Positions 38,052 to 47,313 of a stretch of 64,000 nt of DNA are shown here, piece after piece. A program made the translations under genes and the position numbers. Location: positions 7,178 to 71,177 of the forward strand of contig JASLCD010000202.1 in assembly GCA_030146295.1 (NCBI GenBank), in the 5' to 3' direction. The first letter of the stretch is position 1, and every line of letters begins with the position of its first letter. The notes below the pieces were generated by a model. It did no database searches. It had not been told where the DNA came from and saw nothing but the letters and a program-made list of their open reading frames with translations. The stretch comes from Chryseobacterium sp. (lineage in GTDB: Bacteria > Bacteroidota > Bacteroidia > Flavobacteriales > Weeksellaceae).

Positions 38052-40244
38052 TTATTTTCCCTTTTCATTTTTATACATCGGGAAAATAAATTCACGCTTA
38101 AAATTATCTTGAGTATTATATAAAAATTCTTCAATTATAATATATTCTTCATTCTTAATATGATCAATAAAAATTTTCAACAAATCATAATTTTCTAAAT
38201 TAAGGGTCAATTTATGATCCGATTTTACCAGTTGTACCCATTGCGGGATGTGTCTTATTTTTCTCCACGCTTCAATTTTTGAAAACAGTAAGTCTTTCTG
38301 ATGGACAGATAAGGAAAACTGTTTAATTTCTTTTTCTGTAATTTTCCACGAAGCTTTAGACAGAACAATATTATTGTATTCAACTCTAGGAAAAAAATGA
38401 TAAATATTTTTCAAATCTCCCCAGGTAAAATATAATCCTGACCTAAGTTTTTGAGATTTCAGATCACATAAAAAATGATAAATCGGTAGACTATTTGTTG
38501 AGTAATTATGAGCATTGGTTAGATATGGTTTAATTTCTTTATTAAATTTCTTTGACCGTAAAATGATTCTATCATTCTTTAAAGAAATATATAGATCATC
38601 TGCATATATTTGATTTTCCCTGGGCAGCACAGATTGTGCTAAATACGGAATTTCATATTGCCGCAGTGTAGGCCGTCTTATCACATTGCCTATTCTGGCT
38701 TCCGGAAGATGAATAATTTCCGCCGTTATATCATCTGAATTTAGAGCTTCTTCTTTTTTTGCAATTGTGCTCGTTAAATCTTTCACTTCCGATTTCTCTG
38801 AACAAAATCTCCCTAAAAGATTAGCAGCGCTCGCTCCTCCGCTTCTGTTTATATACAGTTTCTCTACATTATTTTCAGTATTTATTTCAGCTAAAAAAGA
38901 TAAGGTCTCGGGTAAATTATCCCAATTTTCTACAAAATCTTTAAAATCATCATCTGTAAGCTGAATAATATGCTTATCCTCTACTAAAGCTTCTTGTAAT
39001 TTTTCATTTAGAATTTGCTGAATCGGATTAAGTTCAATTTTTATATTTTGTTTTTTTTGAGATGATGGTAATGCTAAATCATCAAGATAAGTATGCAGCC
39101 CCTTAGCAGTCATATCTTGTCTATAACCAATCCCAACCTCTGTATCTAAAGCATACGTTAAGGGAACTTCCTGCCCTTCAAATCTTTCATAAAAGGCTTT
39201 TTTAAACTTCTCAAAATGATTATCACTGTTGTGTACTGTAATTTTATTTAAAAAGCTTATGGCTTTTTTCAGATCTTTCTTTAATTGAGGATTAACACTA
39301 AATTCTCCTTTAAAATAAAGATCTGTCTGAAAGAGATATTTTTTTTCATATTCTGTTTGAAGTGATTTTATTAAATCTTCAATTTCAGAATAGAGAATAA
39401 TTGAATTACCAATGTTAAAATCTAATTCGTACAGTCGTTTTTTTATCAAATGCAGAATTTCAACCTCTTTTACAGCTCCTATTTTATTCAATGTAAAAAT
39501 CAAGGTATCTAAAAAATCTTTTCCTGATACATTTGCTTCAATCTCACTTACTAAAATTTGATTATCTATTAGTTCTTCTACAAATTCCTGAGCTTCAGAT
39601 GGAGAGATATCCTCATTAGTGACGATTTCAGCAATCTGCCTTATAGTTTTACCTTGCTGTGAAAAAATCAATATTTGTTGTAACTCATGTGATTGAGCCA
39701 CCGATGAAATGATATATTCTCTCTTACCCCCAACATTTACATATTCTACATATCGGAATTTACGCCCTATTTTATAAATACTGTTATTCGGAAAAAATAA
39801 TATTTGTTCTCTAATTTCAGTAATTGTCAAAAAATATTGAGCCAAATTAACTAAGAAATGCATATCCAATTTTGTATCTCTTATAAAATCAATCTGTATT
39901 TCCTTGTTTATGTCACCATTGAAAGTGCCCATTCCAACACCAGAAAACAAACCAAAAGGAGTACAGCGGGTACTCATTCGGTTATAATATTTCAGGATGG
40001 TATTTTTTAATTTTTGATTATGTTTTAAAGGCAGCTCTTTATTTGAAAGCCATTGAATAATTTCTTTGTGTAAATATGGTGATGCAAGGTAAATAGCTTC
40101 CTGAAAAATATCGTCAGCAGCTATTTTTTTTAATTCCTCATCTGAAATCTCTTCTTTATCAAACGTTTTAATGAAATTTTCATAGGTAAATAAAGGAGAA
40201 CGGACAATGAATTTTTCAAAAAACTGATATGGGAATCTTGACAT
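38052..40244 (-). CDS. LanB glutamylation domain (Lant_dehydr_N)
   Basis: VRSPL, KYYNRMSTRCTPFGLF, QTDL, LLGRF, LTNAHNY, PRVEY. Confidence 0.9.
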   Translation of the reverse strand: MSRFPYQFFEKFIVRSPLFTYENFIKTFDKEEISDEELKKIAADDIFQEAIYLASPYLHKEIIQWLSNKELPLKHNQKLKNTILKYYNRMSTRCTPFGLFSGVGMGTFNGDINKEIQIDFIRDTKLDMHFLVNLAQYFLTITEIREQILFFPNNSIYKIGRKFRYVEYVNVGGKREYIISSVAQSHELQQILIFSQQGKTIRQIAEIVTNEDISPSEAQEFVEELIDNQILVSEIEANVSGKDFLDTLIFTLNKIGAVKEVEILHLIKKRLYELDFNIGNSIILYSEIEDLIKSLQTEYEKKYLFQTDLYFKGEFSVNPQLKKDLKKAISFLNKITVHNSDNHFEKFKKAFYERFEGQEVPLTYALDTEVGIGYRQDMTAKGLHTYLDDLALPSSQKKQNIKIELNPIQQILNEKLQEALVEDKHIIQLTDDDFKDFVENWDNLPETLSFLAEINTENNVEKLYINRSGGASAANLLGRFCSEKSEVKDLTSTIAKKEEALNSDDITAEIIHLPEARIGNVIRRPTLRQYEIPYLAQSVLPRENQIYADDLYISLKNDRIILRSKKFNKEIKPYLTNAHNYSTNSLPIYHFLCDLKSQKLRSGLYFTWGDLKNIYHFFPRVEYNNIVLSKASWKITEKEIKQFSLSVHQKDLLFSKIEAWRKIRHIPQWVQLVKSDHKLTLNLENYDLLKIFIDHIKNEEYIIIEEFLYNTQDNFKREFIFPMYKNEKGK

Positions 40245-40246
40245 TT

Positions 40247-42421
40247 TTATTTTTTAATTTCCTTAAACTTATAATCAGGATGTCCTAATTGCCATAATGC
40301 AAATGCAAAAGTATCGGCAATATTATCATATTTCTGAGCCACAGGAATATCTCCTCCATGACCTCCTTCATAGTCAATTTTCAAGAATATTGGATTTTCG
40401 GAACTGTTTGCTGCCAAAAGTTTTGCGGCAAACTTTGTAGGCATCCAAGGAGAAACCCTCGGGTCATTAATTCCGGAAGTGATTAATGTAGCAGGATATT
40501 TTTCGCCCTTTCTAATCTGTTGATAAGCATCCATTTCTAATAGCGCCTTGAATTCGGATTCATTATTAAGTGAACCAAACTCTTTTGCGCTGTTCAAACC
40601 ATTGGGAGTAAACTCCATTCTTGTTGTATTTACTACTCCTGCATCAATAATAGCAACTTTAAACAAATCCGGCCGTTCTGTTATTGCTCTACCAATAGTT
40701 ATTCCTCCCGCACTTGCTCCCCAGATGGCTATTTTATTTTTTGAAGTGTATTTCTCGCTGATCATATATTCGGCACAAGAAATCAGGTCTTTCCAAGAAT
40801 TCGATTTTGTCATTTTATATCCTCCTTCATGCCAAGACTCTCCTTTCTCACCACCTCCTCTCACATGGGCAATGGCAACGATTCCTCCTTGCTGAACCCA
40901 CAACAAATAAGTCTTGGATAAATTAGGACTAATATTAGTTCCGTAAGCTCCGTAAGCATATATCAAAACTGAATTATCTGTGTTTTTCTTAACGTTCTTA
41001 TCATACATTAAAGAAACCGGGATATCCAATCCGTCGTGAGACTTTATGGTAATCTCTTCAGCAATAATATTTTTAAATTCAGGATATTCAATGATCGGAA
41101 CGATATTTTCCGGAATAAATTTATTTTGCAACGAGTCATATTTAAACCTCTCAGAATCGTTTTTCCAACCACTACAAACTACCCAAAAATCATTGGAAGC
41201 ATCTCCTTTAGAAGTAATTGAAACATTTCCGGCAAGAAATGGTAATGGCAATAGGTTCTTGTATTTTTCTTTACATAAGTAAACTTTAGCTTCAACTCCA
41301 TTCTTTGATGTGCTGAAAACAAATCCGTCTTTTAAATTGTGTAAACTTGTAATTACCTCATCGGCTATATTGGAAACTAATATTTTTGCATTTTGAAAAT
41401 CGGGATTTTGCAATGATGTACTGTAAATTGCATTTGTTCCATTTTTTTCTGAAATGTAGATAAGCCGATCATCCTTTTCTATAAAATCGGTGATTTTATC
41501 TTCCTTTCTAAATAAAAATCTCCATTTTTTTTGAGAAAAAATCTCACCAATTGGCATATAATAAGTATCCTTAAATGTTGCAGCACCGGATATTTGCCCA
41601 AAAATATATTTTGAATTTTTTGAAGATAAGCTAATACGAGGAAAATCCTCAGGGTTTATTTTAACCTCGGGATTATTTTGTCTTGACAGTATTATTGTAT
41701 GTTTTTGAGAACTTTGTCCTATGGTATATAATACAGATTCCGTATCCTTTAAAAATAGTGGTGATTTGGGCTCGACAACTGGATAATATCTGTAAATAAA
41801 GCTGTTATTATCTGAAAGCCATGTGATACCTCCGCTATCAGAAGGCCAACAATTGGTAAGAATATCCGGCAGTAATTTTCCATGTGATCTATCATAAATT
41901 ATCATTTCGGAAATCTCTTTACCACTTTCCGTCAAAGCAATAACGACTTTTGAACCATCGTAGCTTGGTTTGATATAATTTATCTGATATTTTTTCTTGT
42001 TTTCTGGTCTAAAGTTTTCCGGATTGAAAACTTCTGTTTCTATTCCATTAAAGTGTATTCTATAAAAAAGTTTTGCTGTTTTTTCTTGTGGCAATCTTTT
42101 CAAATAAAAATAAATATCATTATCTGTGATATTAAGCTGATTGATAGAAACCGACTGTTTCTTATCAAAGTCCTGCCTTTTATCAATATAAAATTGTCTG
42201 TTTGGAATATTCCTTAAAACGGATAATGAATATTTCGTCTGATCTTCCATCCATTTTGATGTTGAAGGATCATTCAGGTTTTCCAGATTTCTGTATTCAT
42301 CGACTATTTTTGATCCAAAATATTCATTATTTACAGGCTGGGAAATAGCTGGATTTGTCTTTTGAGCTTTCACTGTTGCACATAAAAATATCAGGAAAAA
42401 ATATAATTTATATATATACAT
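40247..42421 (-). CDS. S9A prolyl oligopeptidase with signal peptide
   Basis: DEYRNLE, YAYGAYG, HVRGGGEKG, GASAGG nucleophile, NDPRV, GGHG. Confidence 0.95.
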   Translation of the reverse strand: MYIYKLYFFLIFLCATVKAQKTNPAISQPVNNEYFGSKIVDEYRNLENLNDPSTSKWMEDQTKYSLSVLRNIPNRQFYIDKRQDFDKKQSVSINQLNITDNDIYFYLKRLPQEKTAKLFYRIHFNGIETEVFNPENFRPENKKKYQINYIKPSYDGSKVVIALTESGKEISEMIIYDRSHGKLLPDILTNCWPSDSGGITWLSDNNSFIYRYYPVVEPKSPLFLKDTESVLYTIGQSSQKHTIILSRQNNPEVKINPEDFPRISLSSKNSKYIFGQISGAATFKDTYYMPIGEIFSQKKWRFLFRKEDKITDFIEKDDRLIYISEKNGTNAIYSTSLQNPDFQNAKILVSNIADEVITSLHNLKDGFVFSTSKNGVEAKVYLCKEKYKNLLPLPFLAGNVSITSKGDASNDFWVVCSGWKNDSERFKYDSLQNKFIPENIVPIIEYPEFKNIIAEEITIKSHDGLDIPVSLMYDKNVKKNTDNSVLIYAYGAYGTNISPNLSKTYLLWVQQGGIVAIAHVRGGGEKGESWHEGGYKMTKSNSWKDLISCAEYMISEKYTSKNKIAIWGASAGGITIGRAITERPDLFKVAIIDAGVVNTTRMEFTPNGLNSAKEFGSLNNESEFKALLEMDAYQQIRKGEKYPATLITSGINDPRVSPWMPTKFAAKLLAANSSENPIFLKIDYEGGHGGDIPVAQKYDNIADTFAFALWQLGHPDYKFKEIKK

Positions 42422-42436
42422 GTTTTAAAATATAAA

Positions 42437-42477
42437 AACAAATAATAATATGCTGAATCAACATATTATTATTTGTT
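42437..42477 (-). promoter_or_regulatory. AT-rich stem-loop between the precursor and enzyme genes
   Basis: AACAAATAATAATATG-N9-CATATTATTATTTGTT, 16-bp perfect arms. Confidence 0.65.
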
Positions 42478-42500
42478 ATACCATTAGTACAAAAAATCAA

Positions 42501-42665
42501 TTAATCTGGACTTGTAGGATCTGTTCTTGTATCATCTCCATTTTCTAAACCCAGACCGGGGTTTCCTGGCCCCCCTCCTCCTTTAATTGAGCGAGGATTT
42601 ATAACTTTAGTAAGCTGTAATTTTTCTAAAGACAATTTTTTTTGACCTTCTTTCTTCTTCTTCAT
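42501..42665 (-). CDS. RiPP precursor peptide (54 aa; double-Gly leader, Cys-free core)
   Basis: MKKKKEGQKKLSLEKLQLTKVINPRSIKGG-GGPGNPGLGLENGDDTRTDPTSPD; KKLSLxK leader typical of Bacteroidetes class I lanthipeptides; first gene of the POP/LanB operon. Confidence 0.85.
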   Translation of the reverse strand: MKKKKEGQKKLSLEKLQLTKVINPRSIKGGGGPGNPGLGLENGDDTRTDPTSPD

Positions 42666-42791
42666 TTCTTTCAAATGATGTTTAAAATTTATGAGTTGCA
42701 AAGTAAATTATAAATTCTTCCTTAAACAAAAACTTATACTCTGAATTTGTAAATTTCGAGTACGGAATTTATATAAACAACTGATAAATAA

Positions 42792-44447
42792 TCAACTATT
42801 TATTTCGTTTTTATCAAGTGCTTTTATGAAATAAGAGGGCAATGTTCCTGTTATCTTGCGAAATGCATTGGTAAATGATTCAGAATTATTATATCCTGCA
42901 TGGTCAGCAATACTTGAAATTGTATATTTTTGAAGCTGAGTATTTGTTCTAAGTTCTTCTACAATATAGTTTATTCTAAGTTCATTTAAGTATTGCGAAA
43001 AGTTCTTTCCTTTTAACTCATTTACCGATCGTGATAAATAGGCTCTGTTTGTATTCAGTTCTTTCGACAATATCTCTAAGTTCATATTTTTATTTAAAAA
43101 ACTGTTTCCATTTTCAAATTCCTGTAATTTTAAACTTAATTGTTTAAGTTTTTCATCTGATAATTTCAATTTTGTTTTTTCTTTTTCACTATCAATCGTT
43201 TCAGAAATATCAAGATCAGGTTTTTCAATGGAAATAACTGGAGATGCTGACTCTGTTAATAACAGATCTGCTTTTTTCTTATATAATTTTACTTTCTTTC
43301 TGTTTTTTGCATATAAAAATAACAGAACTATTAATAATATACTTCCAATTCCCAGTAACCCAAATAGTTTACTGTTTTTTGAACTTAAGTCGTTAATTAA
43401 TCTCTCTTTTTCCTTTAATAAAAGTGGTGTATCATACTTTTTATTAATATCATTAGAAAGTGTATTATTTTTTTTATATAAAATACTGTCTACAGTAAGC
43501 AGGCGTTCAATATAGTATAATTGTTTATCCTTATTATGGAGGTTTTTATAATAATCTATTAAAATCGGATAAACGTCCCTCAATTCTGAAGTGGCATCTT
43601 TTGTTTTTATGATAATGGAGTCTACTCTCTCAAATTTTTTTAAAAAACGCTCATTATTTAACTTCATGAGACATTTCCCCGAATAGTATTCGCTTAATGC
43701 TAAATTTTGAGAGTCAAAAGAATTTTTATGTATTATTTCTGAAACCTTAGATAATATATTTAAGGACTTCGTAAAATTTCCTACAAAAAACTCATTAATA
43801 CCAGAAATCAACAATAAATTTGAATACATTTTTGCATTTTTATTCTTTTCGTTTTTCTGAAATCCTAATTTCAGATATTGATTAGAAGTTTCAATTTCCT
43901 TACGTTTGCTATAGGTGTATGCTAGTGCATAAAGGCATCTCACGTAATTAGAATTGTCTGATAAATTATTTTTTTCTAAGAAATCTTTATAATTTAAAAA
44001 TAAATTTAGGGCTTCGTCGTAGTTTTCCAACTCCAATTTCAACAATCCGATATTAAAATTAATGAGATTGTAATTTTTACTGTTCTTATCACTTACTTTT
44101 CTTGCTTCCAGATAATTATCCAACGACTTTGAATATTCTCCATTTAAGTAATAATAGTTTCCTTTGTAGGTATAGCTTTTAGATAAATATTGTAGATTAT
44201 TTAACCTTGTTGCAACCATAATTGTACTGTCTAAGTATGGGATCACTTTATCATCGTCAGAAAAACGAGACAGCAACAAATACCCGTCAGCTATTTTTGT
44301 GTAATTGTTATCTTTTTTACCGTTAAAAATCAAATTATTTGCAAAAACTTTAGCTTGCATCGAATCTTTGGTGGCAAATTCTTTTATCCCTTGTGATAAA
44401 AAGAGGTTCTGGCAGAAAAGGAATAAAAAGAGAGAAATCCTAAGCAT
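42792..44447 (-). CDS. Membrane-spanning TPR-sensor AraC regulator
   Basis: Signal peptide, TPR helices, TM (LFGLLGIGSILLIVLLFLY), TNRAYLS...LNELRI...AGYNNSESFTNAFRKITG. Confidence 0.9.
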   Translation of the reverse strand: MLRISLFLFLFCQNLFLSQGIKEFATKDSMQAKVFANNLIFNGKKDNNYTKIADGYLLLSRFSDDDKVIPYLDSTIMVATRLNNLQYLSKSYTYKGNYYYLNGEYSKSLDNYLEARKVSDKNSKNYNLINFNIGLLKLELENYDEALNLFLNYKDFLEKNNLSDNSNYVRCLYALAYTYSKRKEIETSNQYLKLGFQKNEKNKNAKMYSNLLLISGINEFFVGNFTKSLNILSKVSEIIHKNSFDSQNLALSEYYSGKCLMKLNNERFLKKFERVDSIIIKTKDATSELRDVYPILIDYYKNLHNKDKQLYYIERLLTVDSILYKKNNTLSNDINKKYDTPLLLKEKERLINDLSSKNSKLFGLLGIGSILLIVLLFLYAKNRKKVKLYKKKADLLLTESASPVISIEKPDLDISETIDSEKEKTKLKLSDEKLKQLSLKLQEFENGNSFLNKNMNLEILSKELNTNRAYLSRSVNELKGKNFSQYLNELRINYIVEELRTNTQLQKYTISSIADHAGYNNSESFTNAFRKITGTLPSYFIKALDKNEINS

Positions 44448-44562
44448 ATGATCATTTTCAAGAAACAAAAATACGGCTTTTTTACATTTTCAAGACAACA
44501 AAAAATACGCGCTACATATCAATGACTTAGCCAACATCCATTCCTCTGCATTTATAAATTCT

Positions 44563-44754
44563 ATACAACAAAAATTATTTGCTGTGAATACCCGAATTCT
44601 AAAAAACGATCAAATACAAACTTCGGGATATGAATTGATTAATCAAATAAAAAATATTGTAGTCACATTCCTGGCAGCTACTTTTGTTGTACACGGAAAA
44701 ATGACTTTAGGGGAGCTGCTTAGTGTATCATATATTGTGGGACAAATGAATGCT
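44563..44754 (+). pseudogene. Internal fragment of a peptidase-domain (C39-type) ABC exporter membrane domain
   Basis: IQQKLFAVNTRILKNDQIQTSGYELINQIKNIVVTFLAATFVVHGKMTLGELLSVSYIVGQMN; no peptidase or ATPase part. Confidence 0.7.
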
Positions 44755-44770
44755 CTGCTCACCAAAAGCC

Positions 44771-44806
44771 AAATAGCGCCAACTGAAAACAGTTGGCGCT
44801 ATTTTT
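44771..44806. terminator. Strong hairpin terminator
   Basis: AAATAGCGCCAACTG-AAAA-CAGTTGGCGCTATTT followed by Ts. Confidence 0.8.
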
Positions 44807-44965
44807 ATATTTTTTATAATAAATCAGGTTATTATATATTATATCTGCTAAGATGATCCACCTGTACAAAAGTAATGCCTTGTGATACAGGAGCTGTATT
44901 TTGAGATCGCTAAGTTGAATTAAATTTTATAGTATTTTTATCTTCTTCACTACCTGTCTATTTTT

Positions 44966-46285
44966 CTAAAATAGCCTGTTGTGTAGTGATCTCAAAGCTT
45001 CTACCTTAAAAACAGAAGGAACTAATAATGAAATATTATTTTCACTTCCTCCGTAGGAAATCATTCGTATTGGAATATGCTTCACTGCTTCAGAGACAAT
45101 AGTTGCATATCCGTGATTATTTTTCCTGAAATCACCTACAATACATATAATAGATTGCTCACCATCAATTTCAACAGCTGAAAAGGTGTTTAGTTCTCTT
45201 ATAATTTCAGAAAGATTATCCGTGTGATCAATGGTAAGAGAAACTGCTACTTCAGAAGTTGTAATCATATCTATAGGTGTTTTGTATCGTTCAAAAATTT
45301 CAAAAACCTTTCTCAAGAAACCATAGGCCATCAGCATACGTGAAGATTGAATACGAATAGCCGTAATTCCATCTTTAGCAGCGATTGCCACAATTTGATT
45401 TTGATTGGTAACCTCTCCAGAAATCAATGTTCCGACGGCAGATGGATTCATGGTATCTAATAACCTTACAGGAACATTATATTTTCTGGCAGGAAACACA
45501 CTTTGGGGATGAAGAATTTTAGCCCCAAAATACGATAGTTCAGCTGCTTCATCAAAACTAAGTCTGGCTATAGATTTTGTATTCTGTACATATCTCGGAT
45601 CATTATTATGAAAACCATCAATATCTGTCCAGATTTGAATTTCTTCTGTCTGCAATGCTGCTCCCAGCAAGGAAGCGGTATAATCAGAACCTCCCCTTTG
45701 CAGATTATCAACTTCACCCTGAGCATTTCTGCATATATATCCTTGGGTGATAAATAAAGTATCTTCCGGATATTTTGCAATTTCAACAGCCGCCTGTTTT
45801 CTTATTTTATCAATATTGGGTTCCTTATCTTCATCAATTACCATAAAATCTAATGCTGATAATAATATAGAAGAAACTTCTATTTCCTTTAAGTATAAAT
45901 GAAAAAGGGTGGTTGAAATAATCTCACCCTGTGCAAGAATAATACGTTCTGCTGTAGAAGAAAAATTTTTATGTTTGAACTGATAAAAAAGATCAAAAAC
46001 CTTGTCAATAAAAGCTAAAGCTTCCAAAATTCCTTTTTCAGTTTTAAACAACTCATTTACAAATTTTATATATTTCTGCTCTAGTTCTTCAATATGCTTG
46101 TAGGCTGCTTCAATATCTTTGTTTTCATAGAGCTCAGATAATTTCACCAAATCATTTGTCGTACCTGAAACAGCTGACAAAACCACCAGATGTTTATCTG
46201 ATTGCTGAGATGTGATTATTGGTAATAACTGTTCGATACGCTCCGGACTTCCTACTGAGGTCCCTCCAAATTTCAATACTTTCAT
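44966..46285 (-). CDS. lysC: Aspartate kinase
   Basis: KFGGTSV, RGGSDYTA, IWTDIDG, EAAELSYFGAKILHP, two ACT domains. Confidence 0.95.
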   Translation of the reverse strand: MKVLKFGGTSVGSPERIEQLLPIITSQQSDKHLVVLSAVSGTTNDLVKLSELYENKDIEAAYKHIEELEQKYIKFVNELFKTEKGILEALAFIDKVFDLFYQFKHKNFSSTAERIILAQGEIISTTLFHLYLKEIEVSSILLSALDFMVIDEDKEPNIDKIRKQAAVEIAKYPEDTLFITQGYICRNAQGEVDNLQRGGSDYTASLLGAALQTEEIQIWTDIDGFHNNDPRYVQNTKSIARLSFDEAAELSYFGAKILHPQSVFPARKYNVPVRLLDTMNPSAVGTLISGEVTNQNQIVAIAAKDGITAIRIQSSRMLMAYGFLRKVFEIFERYKTPIDMITTSEVAVSLTIDHTDNLSEIIRELNTFSAVEIDGEQSIICIVGDFRKNNHGYATIVSEAVKHIPIRMISYGGSENNISLLVPSVFKVEALRSLHNRLF

Positions 46286-46314
46286 AATAAGATTAATTGT
46301 TAATTTTTATCAAT

Positions 46315-46465
46315 AAAAAAAAAGAGCCTGTCGTGATGACAAGCTCCTTTTTTATTTAATTTCTAACCAATAGGAAAATGACTCACGACGTTGGACGTAA
46401 GTACTGTTTCTTTCCTTTTTTTAAGTTAGATACTATCATTTTCTTTTTTTTGCTGGGCAAATATA
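46315..46465 (-). promoter_or_regulatory. Leader-peptide transcription attenuator of lysC
   Basis: TATATTTG at 46465-46458; leader ORF 46439-46383 MIVSNLKKGKKQYLRPTS; terminator GGAGCTTGTC-ATCAC-GACAGGCTCT + U-run; antiterminator GTCGTGA/TCACGAC. Confidence 0.8.
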
Positions 46466-46574
46466 CATTTTTTTGCTAATATTTATAAAAAAGTACGAGA
46501 TAAATTTAAGATTCTCATCATGCGTTTTTCAGATGGGAACAATAAAACGCAAGCAATTTCATTATATTCTATTT

Positions 46575-47258
46575 TTAACCAGAAACGGTGCAGTTCTCTA
46601 CAAATTTTTCAAACTCCCGATCAGTATTTCGCATAACGGGGCCATGACCAAAGCAGATAATAGCAGGATTAAGTTTTGCTAACTTCTTGAGCGATTGGAT
46701 ATTTTGCTTTTGATCTGATGTAAATATATTAGGTGGAAGCCTCAAACCAACTGTTGTGGTAAGCAAATTCATATTTGTTGCCACATCTCCGATGATCAGT
46801 ACTCCATCCCGCTCACGGAATAAAGAAATATGACCTGCTGAATGACCAGGTGTCTCTATTACCCGAAAACTTCCGATTTTATCACCTTCAACGATCGTCT
46901 GCCCGACTTTATGCCCCTGTCCTGCCCAGTACTTTTGCTGAAGCTTTGCTATCCAATGCTGCGGAGTTGGATAGTCGTTGGTTACCATACCTGTTTCAGT
47001 TCTAAAAACTTCGTTGGGATGACAGAGTAAGGGTATCCTGAACTCAGCACATATCTGATCACTACAGCCCTGGTGATCAGCATGGGCATGTGTTAGTACA
47101 TGTTGATAAACGGGGATTTTCTGAATAGTCTTCTTTACAGTGGTATATGAACTCCGTATTCCGGAATCTACCAATACCCCTTCAATGATATAGCAGTTGA
47201 TGCTATTTCGGGGCATCAGTGAAATCTGGAACACGTCTGAAGCAATTTGACGTAGCAT
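46575..47258 (-). CDS. MBL-fold metallo-hydrolase
   Basis: THAHADH, TPGHSAGH, IGD, FGHG. Confidence 0.9.
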   Translation of the reverse strand: MLRQIASDVFQISLMPRNSINCYIIEGVLVDSGIRSSYTTVKKTIQKIPVYQHVLTHAHADHQGCSDQICAEFRIPLLCHPNEVFRTETGMVTNDYPTPQHWIAKLQQKYWAGQGHKVGQTIVEGDKIGSFRVIETPGHSAGHISLFRERDGVLIIGDVATNMNLLTTTVGLRLPPNIFTSDQKQNIQSLKKLAKLNPAIICFGHGPVMRNTDREFEKFVENCTVSG

Positions 47259-47313
47259 ATTTTTTTTTGTGCAAATCTACATTGCCAATTAAGACAACAT
47301 AAGGACATTTGTC

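Noticed and set aside
37158..42665. Calling the RiPP locus a class I lanthipeptide, thiopeptide or PEARL cluster
   Set aside because: No Cys in the precursor and no LanC; no YcaO or dehydrogenase; an intact elimination domain is present, unlike PEARLs.
46286..46465. Lysine riboswitch upstream of lysC
   Set aside because: The leader is too short and A/U-rich and shows no L-box motifs; a leader peptide with terminator and antiterminator explains it.
46575..47258. Second beta-lactamase
   Set aside because: No signal peptide; HxHxDH glyoxalase-II-like hydrolase motifs, not B1 ligands.
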